Assembly: GCF_030028105.1 (NCBI RefSeq)
Contig: NC_092379.1
Coordinates: 26,653,821 to 26,717,820, forward strand
Direction of reading: 5' to 3'
DNA from: Mobula birostris
Taxonomy: Eukaryota
DNA length: 64,000 nt
Both the position numbers and the translations under genes were made by a program. Below, in pieces: positions 50,796 through 64,000 of the stretch (position 1 is the stretch's first letter; the number at the start of each line of letters is the position of its first letter). Below the pieces are notes generated by a model that saw only the letters and a program-made list of their open reading frames with translations, had not been told where the DNA came from and ran no database searches.

Positions 50796-51524
50796 CCCCC
50801 CCCCACTCTCCTCTCTCACACTCTCACTCGTCCATTTAACGCAAAACCTTTCTTTTTTCCATCGTTCAGTTGTCGCATAGCAACAAATACTAAGTAGAAT
50901 AATAATAAAACAGAATTCCATGGACTGCAGTGGAGTCAACATCGGGTAAAATTCCTGGAAAGATGCGATTACACATTACAACCAGAGAGGTATGATTGGT
51001 GGTGAAGCCCACTGCAGAGCAAAGTCTTCAATTATTTCAGACTCAGACGATGTAAACATGAAAACGTAACCAAAATGCTAGACCACAACCATTAGTACGA
51101 CTAATGTAAGTCCAATGATTGACAGTTCTCATCGTGAGGCCCTTAACCACAGACATTCCATGACGTACTGAGTCAGACAATGGTTGGCTTCTGAAACATA
51201 AATGTACCCCAGTAAGTAAGCGTACATTGGGGAATATGAGCGCCAGCAACTGGATGCATGCCGCTGTTCCCTAAGGTCAATGACTTAAATGAAACAATTC
51301 AGCTTGGCTCAGTATTGAATAACTGAGATGGATCAGTAGTTGATCGGGTTAAATTTAGCAGCAGATTTATGAATCCAATGACATTTCATATTGCAGTGAA
51401 CATTGGAAGTTGTACAGCTTTGCTCATTTCATTTGCTTCTCCTGTGCACCCTTACATCTTCCTTCATTCTTTTCAATCAGCAAAGTTTAACGCGATCGGG
51501 CGCCCCCTGGAGACTGTGTCTCTG

Positions 51525-51565
51525 TGTTTTTATCCAGGTCTGCAGCTGTTATGAGCCAAAATGTG
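51525..51565 (-). promoter_or_regulatory. Broken RSS of V6 (TT slippage in the heptamer gives a 25-nt effective spacer)
   Basis: - strand CACATT(TT)G + GCTCATAACAGCTGCAGACCTGG (23 nt) + ATAAAAACA. Confidence 0.7.
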
Positions 51566-51985
51566 CGCCATGGGCAAAGATACAAGGCAGAATCGGAGAC
51601 GAATGCCCCGGCGATTGTTAAAGTTACATGCCGACTACGTGTGTCGAAGAGAATAGAAAATCTGTCTGAAAAATCGGGATATCATTCCTTGCAACCACTG
51701 CTCAGTTTCCTTATTTGAAATTTCGGCGCTGTCCCAGGAAACTGTGCATACCAATATGCAGTACCGCTCCCGTCAGCTGCGGAACAGTTGTAGTTGAGAG
51801 TTAGGGTCTTCCCTTGCTTAGCCAAAAGCTGAAGTTGTTTCTGGGATACTTGATCCTCACCGCAAGGTCCTGGAAGGAAGCAGGACACAATTAGTAGTCT
51901 GAGGGTAAATCAAAGTCGAGGGATCCACATCAGCTTCGTAATTTTAGACTCAGCTGGAAGGAAGATGACAATCTCCTACTTCATC
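51566..51985 (-). pseudogene. TRAV: Inverted V pseudogene V6 (uninterrupted paralog of V5)
   Basis: V exon 51869-51566: GPCGEDQVSQKQ...LNYNCSAADGSGTAYWYAQFPG...KE*YPDFSDRFS...DSALYLCPWR, with TGA at 51682-51684. The homologous leader ends at 51954 with a dead donor (CTGAGT) and an in-frame TAG. Confidence 0.9.
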
Positions 51986-52424
51986 TGCTGCACATAATTC
52001 GGATGTCTTGTGTGCACAGAAGTCCCGTTTAAGTCGCCTTACCATTGTCTTCAGGCATGAATTTTGACACTAAGAAATCGACCATTGCCGAAGAAAAATT
52101 CGTAATTTTATCTTCAGCGTTAGGCAGCGTACGAGCAGTCGTGATAATGCATCTGTTTGGTGAAGATTTACTGTCGTAGTTTATGTACCCTGGTGGATTT
52201 GAAACTTTGGCCCAGTCAATGATCGATATGCTTATTCGTAATCAGTGTATACTCTCTCACTCACAAATCCGCACCCCCTCTTCCACATTAGAGGTCTGCA
52301 ATGAGCAATGAAACGTGCAACGGCTGACACAATATATTCAGCAAACCTCAGAAAACACTCCGCAGACCCTTACCGAATGATGTAAATCTGAGATGTTTAT
52401 AGTATTTAACCTTTGAGGTCACCG

Positions 52425-52657
52425 NNNNNNNNNNNNNNNNNNNNNNNNNNNNNNNNNNNNNNNNNNNNNNNNNNNNNNNNNNNNNNNNNNNNNNNNNNNN
52501 NNNNNNNNNNNNNNNNNNNNNNNNNNNNNNNNNNNNNNNNNNNNNNNNNNNNNNNNNNNNNNNNNNNNNNNNNNNNNNNNNNNNNNNNNNNNNNNNNNNN
52601 NNNNNNNNNNNNNNNNNNNNNNNNNNNNNNNNNNNNNNNNNNNNNNNNNNNNNNNNN
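52425..52657. other. Assembly gap (233 N)
   Basis: Run of N. Confidence 1.
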
Positions 52658-53299
52658 TCAGTCACTTTCACCTTAAAAATTCCAACTAGGATCCATACTT
52701 GATTTTTTTTTGTTTGTTTGTCTGTTTCTAGCACATTTGTCACAGATGGAGACTGTCCACTTGTATTTACACAGAGAAATATAAAACCTACAGCACAATG
52801 CAAGCCTTTCTGCCCACAAAGCAGTAGCAAACGTGACCTACTCTACAATTTCTCCAGGGTTACCCATAGTCCTCTATATTTCTAAGCTCCATGTACCAAT
52901 CCAGCAACCTCTAAAAAGACCCTATTATTTCCGCCTCAACCACCGCCACCGGCTGCAACCCTGTCTACATCTCTCGTTTTAAAGTGCAGCAGTTGTTGAA
53001 TGACATTACACAAGATTCCTGTCCCATCGTTTTCTTTACAGGAAAACGTATTTCAATTCCACCGATTGCAATATATTCAGGAAAACAGATTCGGGATATC
53101 ACGTTTTTGGATTGAATCGTCTTCATTTTTACGTCCTTCACATACATAAGGAGTACAAATATTTACGTTGTGTCTCTATTTAAATGTACAAAGTGCCATC
53201 ATAGTCATTTATAAAAATTAATAATAACTAGAAGAGTCAAACTAACATGGAAATACACTCGTCAGCTTGAGTTAATCAGTCTGTTGCACTGCTGGAAGG

Positions 53300-54500
53300 A
53301 GCTGCCCCGTTGCCTATTCGTCCGGCAGTTTATGTTGCGTTACCACTTTCGTGATGGTAGCAGCTGGAAAAGATAGATTTTGAGGTGACTACGGTCCCCG
53401 ATCATCCTTCGGACCCCTTATCACAGCGGTCTTTGCAATGCCCGAATCTCGTTTAGATTCAGCACCGGGCCAATTCTGAAACACACGTCCTCACAAGCAC
53501 TGCGTGCACAGAAAATGCCCCCAAAAAGCTCTCGCCGGCTTCCTCCAGGCAGAATAGAAACACTGCCCGTCTGAACAGTGTCCGGACACATCAGCATTAA
53601 CGGTTCACGACCCTCTGACACCCACACATTGGCCTCCAAGAACTCCAGTTTCACTGAACAATTTTCTTCTGGATAATCACAGGCACTGGTACCCCAAATC
53701 TCCAGTGCCCTTAATATTGTCAAGGGTAAATGCTTCAGAAACCGAATGTAAAACGAACTGTACAACAACTTGACCTGCGCCACGGTGCCGAATATTCCTT
53801 TAGCATAGCCTCCATCTATCCGTTATGACACCCGAGGGCGTTGTCCATCTAAGCCTTCAGGAATAGCTTTTTTTTTTTTCCTTTCGAGATTTTTTTGGTA
53901 CATTGCTAGGAACGTTCTCCCCCAGAGACCACAAGCCGTTCCCCCACTGGACCGCCACTAAGTTTCCCGACTCCTCTCCGATCAGCTGAAAAACTGAGGA
54001 AGGGGCTGATCCCCTTACCTGATCCCCCGGCACTGCAATCAATTTATCAGTCCCCACCCCCCAGCCAGAGAAGAAACCCTGAAAACTTTCCACCAATCTA
54101 CTGACACAGGTATGGAAAGCCCGCCAGCTGCTGCATTTTACTTTCAGTCGAACCAAACGCATTTCCGCCCACTTTCAGATAACTGACAGCTGTCACTACG
54201 GGGTAATTGGAACTGGCAGTTCTGACATCGTCAACTGCCCGCCTATCCTAACTTCCAGCCAATCCCTGTCGTTTCCCTCAGCCAAGCATTGCCTCTCATC
54301 TGACAACTGACAGGTTCGTTCCAACCACGCCCCCGCACCTTTAAGGATGGACATTATCCCAAAAAACAGGCGTAGGTTGCCATAGCTGCAACATTTATTC
54401 GCAGACATTACCTCCGAATGAGACCGTTCCCAATCTTTGCTCTCTCTCCTAACGGTATGGACAGCCCATGACATCAATAGACACTGGCAGTTCCACCACC
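53300..54500 (-). mobile_element. Second PNMA-gag Ty3/Gypsy fragment (gag + protease region)
   Basis: [32 protein letters not shown] parallels the 29700-29880 region; gag remnants SRLVESFQG and AVDDVRTASSNYPVVTAVSYLK. Confidence 0.7.
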
Positions 54501-56565
54501 ACCTCGTAGGCGTTAGTCTGCACACGAAAAAAAGACCACTGGGGTACCAACAGCTACTCCACCGATTACTTTGATTTTCCAGATGACATCCATGGGAATT
54601 ATGCCATTTGAAACACCATTTTGATCTGCAACATTCTACTTTGCTTTATCTCTCACCCGTGATAGCAAGGGACCCGTTACACTTTCAATACAATATGTTG
54701 AAATGCTTTCTATCTTTGTCCTTTCTTTACATTATATTGTATTAAAGAATGGAATCAGCATTTATTCCTCAACGGAGCGGTAGACCGTTGTCAGCATTAT
54801 AAACACGTGACATATCTTGTAGAAGTGTGATATTCCCGGTATACTTTTAATATAATTTATCATTAAACCTCTCGTTCTCCTACCGAGGTTGATGAATGTA
54901 CGAGTATTAAGAGTATCGGTGTTGATTAAGATATTATCTAGCACTTTCTTTTGTTAAAATGCGGTAGCGAAGACTCAATGGTAATTTCAGAAGTCGAATG
55001 TACGGCAACACAATGACACACGATATTGACACAATTAGACATCAAATTACTGTGTAAGTTACTTATTTCAAATATCTATGGCTGAAATACAAAACAACAA
55101 ATAAAGATTTTATGCGACAATTATATACAACTTTACAGCCACGCTGAGTTTTTGATTTAACTACTAATTATAAAAATCTGCTGACATTTGCGATCCAGTT
55201 GTGGCAGGCAGAAAGCACCGTTGCTAGGATCTGACTTGTCTCTGCGCACATGGATTTACAACGCTGTTGTCTCGTTTGGAAGATTTCGATGAAATATGAC
55301 GATTGGGTCTATTTGCCTGCAACGATTGGGTGTGTAGACTAAATACCCGGAAATATATCAATGAAACGCATCATTATAACATATTGTTACAGCAAAGCAA
55401 AGCAATACCATAATATGATGAAGAACGAACCATAGGCACAGTAAGTAAATTCTCAAAAGATCCCCAAGTCGATCCACTCCCGAGTCCCCGATAGCAGGTG
55501 GCAAAAGGCAGAAAATCCCTGCCATAAACCCCCACGCTTCGTCAACTTGCCGATGTCTTGGAAGCAGCCGAACACAGCCGACACTGAGTCCATCCGTCCG
55601 AAAACATCGAGTTACTAATCAGTCTCTCCGATGCAGCCTCCCGAGCACCATCCTCTGCCAAGCGCCTTAGACCGCGATCTGGCTGCTAAAACAAGCAAAA
55701 CCGAGGATTTCGGGGCCATCTGCTCCAGAGATTCCGATTACCACATAGTAGCAGCGGCAGCGAAGCGGGCATTTCAGAAGTTTTCCATGTGTTCCTCCGT
55801 ACTCTGACCACCCTCTCCATCACATCAGAATTGTGCACGGTCCCCTACTTGATAGATAACAGATGTCACCACAGAAGTGGCCACGTGCGGTTAGCTGTTT
55901 AATTTGGAAAAGGAAAGTGGGCTTAAACACATAGGAGATAGAGTTGGGATAGAATGATACAAACGGGCCAAACCAGTCATGGTGGACTGAAATTAATGTC
56001 TCAATGCGGTTGATTGCTTGGACTCTGAGACTCTTGTAATATTATTGCCAAGTTCATTAGTATACAAATGAAACATTCAAACAATCTGAAGCTGAGATGG
56101 AAAGAACTAGAACCTCCACTGTGTTGTCTGTCTCTTCAACATAGTCTGCAATGGCTATTTTTCCTCCAGCGATGACACCAACCTCCTGGCTTTGGCCCTT
56201 ATAAAAAGATCAAAAAAAAAAAAAATCAAATCTATTATTTCGAACGGTATCATGTGAAGTAATTTTAGATACTACCATTTTGCCTTAACGTTTTACTTGC
56301 AGCTGAATCTTTTTGAACTCAGGAAGTAGGTTATATCCGGTCTCGCCTAGTCTGCCAACTTTATGTTGATTGGCTGTGTTGAGGAACAAAGAAGTCATAC
56401 AGGAATGTCCATGAGTTGATTGGGGGATTTGGAGAAGCAAAAAACTTGATGCAACGCGGATAAGTCAAGTGGCTTCTTAACAAACAAGAACGCACTCTTT
56501 AGGGGCACTAATATAACTTACTTGAGAACAAAAAGTTTGAGTACAAATCCACAGCGAACACAGAC

Positions 56566-56611
56566 ATGTTTGCCCTATATTTGTTTATTATTGCAGCAGG
56601 TCTTCTGATCG
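56566..56611 (+). CDS. TRAV: V4 leader exon (MFALYLFIIAAGLLI-G)
   Basis: 15 codons + 1 nt; GTAAGT donor at 56612; 495-nt intron. Confidence 0.85.
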
Positions 56612-57106
56612 GTAAGTTTTTTTTTTCCAAACATTTTCGACATCGGTAATTTTCTCTGATAGTGCAGAACAAAATAATCAATCAGAATACCATTAATGCA
56701 ATATTGAACATAACAGGAAAGGATCTGAGGGTACGAAAGTAATATGGATTCAAATCTCCTGCAAGTGGCAATAGAATGATTGATTCGGTATTTCCAGGCG
56801 AACAATAGTCGAATGGATTCAGGCCTTGGCGGGAAATCGTTGTCTTTGCTTTCCTCCTGAGATGGAACGGGGACGAGGACTCACTAATAAGGGCAGTTGG
56901 ATTTTTTTTCTCAAAAAGTTAATTTCATTCAACCTTTTCTGCCACCCTTGCTAATTTATACAGGTGTAATACTTTTACCTCAACTTGTAAACTGCACCCC
57001 TCGTCTCCAAACAGTATAAAGGAACCAGGATATGCTTCGTCGGTATGTTAGTAGAACATTGATACTATTTGACTAAAATTTGGAAATTACTTTTGTTCTG
57101 CAACAG

Positions 57107-57410
57107 GATATTGCCGAGGCGATGCCGTTTATCAGTCACCTGCTGCTTCTACAGTCACGGAAGGGGAAGTTGCAGTGTTAAATTGTAATTATACAACAAC
57201 AAGCACTGACCCCTATTTATTCTGGTACCGTCATTATCCCGGAGGTTCCCTCGAGTTTCTGTTGCGCCTTACGAAATATGATAGCCACCGAGAGAATATT
57301 CTCCGACAACGCTTCACGGCGCAGCTTAATGTTTCAAGTAGAACGGTCCCACTGACAGTATCCGAAACACATCTGGAAGGCACTGCCATGTATTACTGTG
57401 CTCTGAGACC
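57107..57410 (+). CDS. TRAV: TCR alpha/delta V exon V4, intact (paralog of V3)
   Basis: GYCRGDAVYQSP...LNCNYTTTSTDPYLFWYRHYPG...AMYYCALRP with no stops. Confidence 0.93.
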
Positions 57411-57449
57411 CACAGGGGTTCAGAAGCAGTCTGAACCAGTACAATAACT
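57411..57449 (+). promoter_or_regulatory. 23-RSS of V4
   Basis: CACAGGG + 23 nt + ACAATAACT. Confidence 0.9.
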
Positions 57450-60400
57450 GCTTGCGTACTCTAGCGGCAGCTGAGTGTAACCGCCGCTCTCTGCGCGCCG
57501 GGAGGTCCTTGGTCGACCTGATATGCACTCAAATAGAAATACATTTCATGATATTATTATCCAGCTGACTGAATCTCCTTCAGTACGTTACCGCTCAATC
57601 TGTTCAAAACCCCGTCTATAATCATTCCTACGACAGAAGAAGCAGCAACCTCCCATTATTATTTTCCTCACAATATTTTGAAGAAGAGCTTATTTCCCTT
57701 CCATTGCTGCGGACGCAGTTTTTTTTTTTTCCCCAGTATCTTACTGAAATCTCACGGTTTTCGCAATTTATTATTAATTGCATTTTTTAACATGACATTT
57801 AATTTATTTGTTTCTACATCTGAACATTCTTTCAGAGCTATATCGCCGCGCCCTCCTATGCAGTACTAGGTAACTGCAATCTAATATTGCCGAAATGTTA
57901 CACCACGATCACCAATGGGGGGAGGGGGGGTGGTGAAATTGTTGCTTGTTGCCGCTTACGGGCAGAGGGAGGGTAGCTGGAAGAGACTCTGGGATTCTAA
58001 CTTTTAAGTGTCATTCATTCTTGTAGGACCCTCCTTTGTTTGTTTTCGTGGTTAGTTGCGAAGAAAAAAAAACATTTCTGGATTTACATTGTTCACATTT
58101 CTCTGACATTAACCATACCTTTGAAACTTTTGAAATAACAAGTATATGGGCGCACTGGTACAGGACGAGATTGAATTTTAATTTGCAACTCACTCTTGAT
58201 GGTACTACTGAACCAATCAATGAGGACGTGGTTTACAGAGCGAGCGTTACTTCTGCTATGCTCACAATTGCACTGCTGACTTCTCACTTTTCAGGAAATA
58301 ACATTGACATCACTCATAACACAATTCAAAATCAGTCTGACTGAGGAGTAACAGAAGCATCGGAGACAATTTACCGGGGAATGGGTAACATGAACGCAGA
58401 AAGTCTCTTCTTAATATATTATAGATTATTGGGAAATCCTGCCGTAGCGTCATTCGTGTGAGAGTCGAAATATCGTGCTAACCATGCTATAATATTCTAT
58501 GGTTCGTGCTACAACTATATAATACATGTAATATAAATGAACTGTTCTCTTCGGATTATCGGATATGTTATAATATGGCCTTGACTACTGCGATTTCGAA
58601 AGGGTGCTCTACTGCTTTAACAACGATACATTTCAGTGAAATTATCTTCGGCAATATCACCTCGAAATTATTATCGGGTTAGTGAAGCTATTTTGCCTTG
58701 TGTATTAGAGCCCGATGCATAAATTAATGAGCCCTGCCCCCCAGTGCACTGCATTTGCAAATTGTTAATTTACCTAAAGTTGGTAAACCCTGCGCTTTAT
58801 GTTTAAGAGTGTCCATTGATTTTGACTAGCACGGAATTTTCAGTTCTCTGTGTGTATTTAAAGCGAATTCCAATGAGAGATGGCTCTAAACTCCGTTTGT
58901 TTCCAGAATGATTCAACTCCCAATGTTGTTCGGTCTAAACACTGATAATCTATCGAATTTCCTTCAAATGAACTTGTGTTCCAGTGTCTAAATGAAATAT
59001 CATCGATTTCCCGCAATGGCAGCAGTCATTTTTCTGCGCACACTGTCGCTGTAGAAATGTGTTAAGAATAAATCAATTTTGTTGGTGAAAGGGGATTATT
59101 AATTCAAGTCATTTTCCCTGGTGGAATGTTTACTATATTCACTGCTGTAATCTTATTTGTGAATAGTGGTTGTTGTTTTATGTCCCCTTCATGCCTCAAC
59201 CATTGTCATCAGTTTCATAAAGGCAAGCTGTAGATAATTTTTTTGTGTAGCTCAAGTACGCATGACGATATTGCAATATGAAACAGATAGGGAGGAATGT
59301 TATAGAGGTTAGTTCAGTTTAAGCATGTGATTGAGTTCGGTGAACAATGATTGCACGTGGCTGAACAATTACGTTTGAAAGTACATAATTAATAAACTTG
59401 ATATAGAAGTCAGCTCTTTTAATTGATTATAAATGATGTAATTTCAATCGAACATGATCAATGTGAGCAACGTTGATGTTACAGTAACCGTGTCTGTACG
59501 AGGACTAAAATAATTTGATTTAATTTAATTGAAGCCCGTAAAATGTAATCTCAGTCCTTGGCGCTCTGTGCAATGTGGAGTTTAGTGCGTTCTGAGCGGT
59601 GTCTCAGAAAGGCAGCTCCATTGTTAAGGAGCTCCAGCACCCACCGGATGCCTTTTAAGATTGTTACCTTCAGGTCATAGTTACAGAGGCTTCAGGGCAC
59701 ACACTCAGCGATTCAAAACAGCTTCCTCATCTCTGCCATCCGATTCCTAAATGGACATTGAAGCTTTGGACACTGACCTCACTTTTTAAATATAAAGTAT
59801 TTCTGATTTTGCATAATAGATTTACTGGTTTATTTATTATTATGCTTTATTTTATTATCTTTTCTCCGCTAGATCATGTATTGCATTGAACCGTTGTTAC
59901 TCCCTTAACAAATTTCACGTCACATGCTGCTGATAATATACCTTTTTTTTTTCTGATTCTGAAATCTTAACAAAAACATGCACTATAAAACACGTTAGAG
60001 AGAGTGGAATAAAAAGGAAAGAGGCGGACGATAATGCAAAATGTTGAAAACATAATGTGATTACTATTTCAAGCGAAGAACATACCGAAAAAAATTGCAT
60101 AACATTGTTCATTAATGACTGGTATTATATATCTGCCGAATGGAATAACGGCAGACGTATTCGGAAGAGCAACTGCGCCCAGTTGAAGCCTCGTCATTTT
60201 CAAGTGCGACAGAAACGGTGATAATGAACACTACTTCGAATAAATATAGACTGAGCTATTGTCCGTAGATACACGGGGGGAAAAAAAATCTGTATTATTT
60301 CACTCAGATCTGTGAGTGAGATAATGGCGTTGGAGTCAGATAATGGCGAAAGACGGAAGTGCTTTCTGAGATTCTTCGTTTTCTGCAGCCCGCAATGTTC

Positions 60401-61968
60401 TCCTTGCTTTTCTATGTGTCTCTATGTCTCATACTACAGAAACTCTTACAAGTCACTTAATCATTGATTACATTGACTATATTCCGATTGGCCCTCCGAA
60501 TACAATTCCTGAAATGTTATTACACATGATCAAACTACTGAATTGTATATCTTTCTATTTTTACTACATTAGGAAACCATTCTACGCATTCAGGAATGTT
60601 GCAAAGGTTAAAAATACACTACTGTGAGGCAAACAAATCTTCCAGTTCTTTAGAGTATAGGTTGAACGGTTATTACACACATCCACTTTACAGAAACCCG
60701 TTTACTTCGCCAATAACTCAATTGGCTTTGTTTCTCGATCGATCAATCCCTCGCTGTTTCTCTGTTTCACAATACAACCAGTTAACCAGGAGAAAGCCGA
60801 TCCGATAAGACCGGACATAAGTTACTTCCTCTGATTTGACGATGACGCTGCATATAAGGGACAGAAAGAAAGATAGCAGGAAGAGAATTGACCTAAGGGA
60901 ATACTGTAGGAAAAGATTGAGCTCATATTTATTTCACTGAATATCAATATATAATAAGCGGATACACCCGCAAGGACTGGGAGGAGGAAAATATCTTACA
61001 GAGAATGTCCCAGATGTCGAATTTAATGACAGTTGGCTTTCGAGTTTACTAAGCATATTCAATCACAAGATTGTCAAAAAGTCATCAGTATCATATAGGT
61101 AAAGATTATAATATCGAAAACAGGAAATGCTGCCTACCACGAGCAGCCTCACCACTGTTATATTGTCCTGCTCAATTTAACATTATAAAAAAAAAACATC
61201 TTTGTTTTACTATTTGTGCACTTGAAACACTTGTATTTATTTATATAACCCTTCTCTGCAAGCGTGTCAGAGATATCAACTGCATCTGAAACAATAATAA
61301 AACAGGGTTATATTTAACTTTTGCTTGAGTTATCCTTCCAGTCAGCTTAAACCTACCCCCAAATGTGTGTAAGTCAAGAAAGTGCAAACAGGGGATGAAA
61401 TACGCTATTTATTTCACTGATACTTTGATATACGTTTTCCCCATTACTCTGCAGTTTCTGCGGTTTTGAAATAGAAAGAGTCCTCACATCGATTCTGTCC
61501 TGGCAGCTAAATTCTCCTCATCTAGCCAATATCCCGGGCAATCCAATTATTCGTTGAAAAAAAAACAAATGACGAAGGAGACACCGTTGGCTACGTCATC
61601 TGATACACGTCATTCGGAGGTGAATTTGGCTTTCAATGTACCAAAAAATATCAGAAAATGTCAACTCCAAAAATTGTCAGCCTCTGCTTAGTGATTAATA
61701 TGGATCGATGCTGCATGACAGGTTCTCTGTCCTCTCTCGTTTGCATCGAGAAATATAATTTGAAAGCTAAATATTAGCACTGGCAATTTGTCATGTGGGG
61801 TTTGAACTCTATGACATTTCAGATTATAAGGAACTTTGTATTAGTTTCGTGCATTGTAAACATATTTTAACTCGTTAGCCCTGTGCACGACAACATCTCT
61901 TTTTATCCCCGATCAGCTCCGTTCAACGCGTCAGTGTGCGCTCTGGAAATAACAGGTTTGATCCTCTG

Positions 61969-62007
61969 CGTTTCTGCCCTGTTATGTAGCTGTTCTGAGC
62001 CAATGTG
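61969..62007 (-). promoter_or_regulatory. 23-RSS of inverted pseudogene V5b
   Basis: - strand CACATTG + 23 nt + GCAGAAACG. Confidence 0.75.
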
Positions 62008-63263
62008 GGCGTCCTAGCACAAAGATACATAGCGAAATCTGAAACGAGAGATCCGGTGATGTTGAAAGTAAAATGCCGACAATTTCTGTTGGAACGACAG
62101 GAAAACCTGTCTGGCAAATCGGGAGATCGTTATTGGACATTAGGGCTGAGCCTAGGAGGGAATGCGGAGCTTAGGAGGGGTAATGCCTCCTGGGGGCGAC
62201 TCCTTCGCTTCCTCCTTCGGAAACCGCTTTTTTTTCAACGTTTAATATCCTTATTTTTGCCATTCAGGGCTCTTTTGAAAAACCCTGACCCGGAGTTTCA
62301 CACAGGCTTCATTTTTTTTTTCTTTTTTTTTTTTGCGAGAATGGGACCGGTACTCAGGGTTGTATGACTGGCTGTTATTCAGCCTTCCACGGGTTTTGCC
62401 TAAGAGCCTCGATTGTCTTTGGAAGCATAAGATCTCGGAGCTCTGGAAAAGCAGGGGATAGATGGTCGGTGTCACGTCAGAAGAGACATGTGTTGTCGGA
62501 GACGCCAGAAAATATCTCGCTGTGAGCACGAAGACCCGAGGTCTTTGAAATCTTCGGACACAGAGCTCGAAATAAAACGACAAAAAGGACTTTTAACACC
62601 GCAAACCAGCGGGATGTTGTGATGTCCACCTCTCGCCATGAGAATGCAGGACATCTCCCTCTCACTTGCCAGAGAGAGAGAGAACTTGCAGTTTTTCGAA
62701 TGTCGGATGAAATGCGAGCCACTGGATAACTTTGGACTGTGTCCTTGCTATCGCTTACGTCACGCTTGTGCTCGCGTGCACTTTTTGTTTGGCCAGTGGA
62801 GGAAGGAACGACTTTTGTTCACTGCCGCCTACGCGCAGGAGGGTGGGGCTGCGGGGTGCGGGGGTTCACAGGTTTAACAGTCGTTCATTATTTATGGCTC
62901 CACTCTGTTTCCGTTGGTGTTTGCGAAGCAAAAGCATTTCAGAATATATATTGTAGACATTTCTGTGATATTAAAATGGACCTTTAAAACTTTGTACCGT
63001 TGTTTTCTTTTTTGAAATTTCAGCGGTGTCCCGTGTAACTTGGTGTACCAACGAGCAGTACCACTGTCTTAAGCTGCGGAATAGGTTCGGGTGATGGTTA
63101 CCGTTGGCCCTTCCTGTGTCGGCAGTTCAGGCGGTTTCTGGGATACTATTTTCTCGCCACAAGGTCCTGCAAGAAAGCACAACACAGTAGAATTCAAAGC
63201 CAACGTCTGCACACCAGATTTTTAAAGTGTAGACCCAGCTGGAAGCACGAGAATTACGAACAT
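62008..63263 (-). pseudogene. TRAV: Inverted V pseudogene V5b, split at CDR2
   Basis: Leader 63263-63239 with dead donor CTGGGT. 5' half 63166-~63001: GPCGEKIVSQKP...SAA*DSGTARWYT. 3' half ~62153-62008: LPDRFSC...SDFAMYLCARTP. Confidence 0.88.
62154..63000 (+). mobile_element. ~0.85-kb unclassified retroposon inside V5b
   Basis: Paralog of 48428-49244 at the same site. Confidence 0.7.
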
Positions 63264-64000
63264 TGCAATATGTGCGATCTTGTCTTGAAGGGCGATAACT
63301 TAACGTGTTCATGTCCATCTATGAGAGCACACAGATGAAATATAATTGTTTAATTTTGCAGATAAATAGCGTTCTCCTAGTTCAGGATTGGTCTGTCACA
63401 AAAATAAGACAGGTTTGGCACAAATCATCTTTTCCCATGTCATTTGATGCACGTCTTTCAGAGCTACATTACAATTTTAAACGTACCACAAAATAACGGA
63501 ACAAGTTAGCAAGTAGCTGGAGTGTTAGTACAGCTCATTGAAATGTCCACTTTAACTGTGGTGATTAACATGGGCAGTTGCTGCATGACGGATTTTCTCT
63601 CTCTCTAATTTGGCGCAAAGTACATATAATACTAGATTAAAAATGTATTACTCTGGCCTTGTTATGTGGGAATCGTTTACTTGTCCGTCGAAAGCTGCTA
63701 GGAAAATAATCTTCAGAGTTGGCGGAGCGCACGCGCTCTCTGACCGATGTATCAAGTTCGCTGAGGGGTGAATGTTGTTGTTTGAATAACCTGGGTGTTT
63801 CACAACTTCGTATTCGGCAGCACAGTTGATACGGCAATTTTACTTGTGGGTATGTACGTTTCTGCTAATTATGATTTAATCGCGATGATATTTAACTATA
63901 TAAATGTCGTCGTTGTCCTCGCAGAGACTTGGACAGAGCACAACAACGCTTCGCTACGTGTTTCTATTCGGCATTCCCTGAGAAAATCGACGGTCAAGTC

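Larger units (their letters stand above)
54564..64000 (+). repeat. Segmental duplication copy B (runs off the window edge)
   Basis: Collinear with 39164-50240. Confidence 0.95.

Noticed and set aside
50300-50921. Possible IgH-like (TAILV) V on the - strand with leader-like MEFCFIIILLSICCYA and a YSEAVK motif
   Set aside because: No GT donor after the leader-like stretch, no WxRQ or YYC, multiple stops and no RSS.
52043-52085. Alternative V6 leader MVDFLVSKFMPEDN-G with GTAAGG donor
   Set aside because: Not hydrophobic; the leader homologous to V5 ends at 51954. V6 has an internal stop anyway.
52658-52720. J-segment-like GIFKVKVT beside the gap
   Set aside because: Lacks FGxG and a 12-RSS.
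54533-54552. tRNA-Leu-like PBS (TGGTACCCCAGTGG) for the second Gypsy fragment
   Set aside because: The match is too partial to support.

Overview
Eukaryotic, repeat-rich genomic DNA from a T-cell receptor alpha/delta V-segment array. The host is probably a cartilaginous fish, inferred from the V-gene style and the CR1, Rex1 and Penelope repeat set. I find seven TRAV/TRDV-type segments, each ending at a 23-bp-spacer RSS. Three look intact on the + strand: 1759-2238, 40951-41830 and 56566-57449. One + strand segment is a pseudogene (~15670-16150). Three - strand segments are pseudogenes: 48244-49497, 51525-~51985 and 61969-63263; two of these are split at CDR2 by a ~0.85-kb retroposon. The right 40% of the window is a tandem segmental duplication with a ~15.4-kb offset (from ~39164 and ~54564), carrying copy-specific indels and an assembly gap. 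The rest is nested, decayed mobile DNA: CR1 LINEs, Rex1/Babar LINEs, Penelope-like elements with hammerhead-ribozyme motifs and inverted termini, a PNMA-gag Ty3/Gypsy element with a tRNA-Pro PBS, a solo LTR containing 67-bp tandem arrays, and a hAT fragment. I saw no D, J or C segments, rRNA, tRNA or CRISPR. I did not find a wholly new system. The best leads are opposite-orientation V segments that keep their RSSs, the multi-donor leader intron and CDR1-focused divergence of the duplicated intact V pair, the ribozyme motifs, and an apparently duplicated Rex1-Gypsy chimera. All alignments and counts were done by eye.
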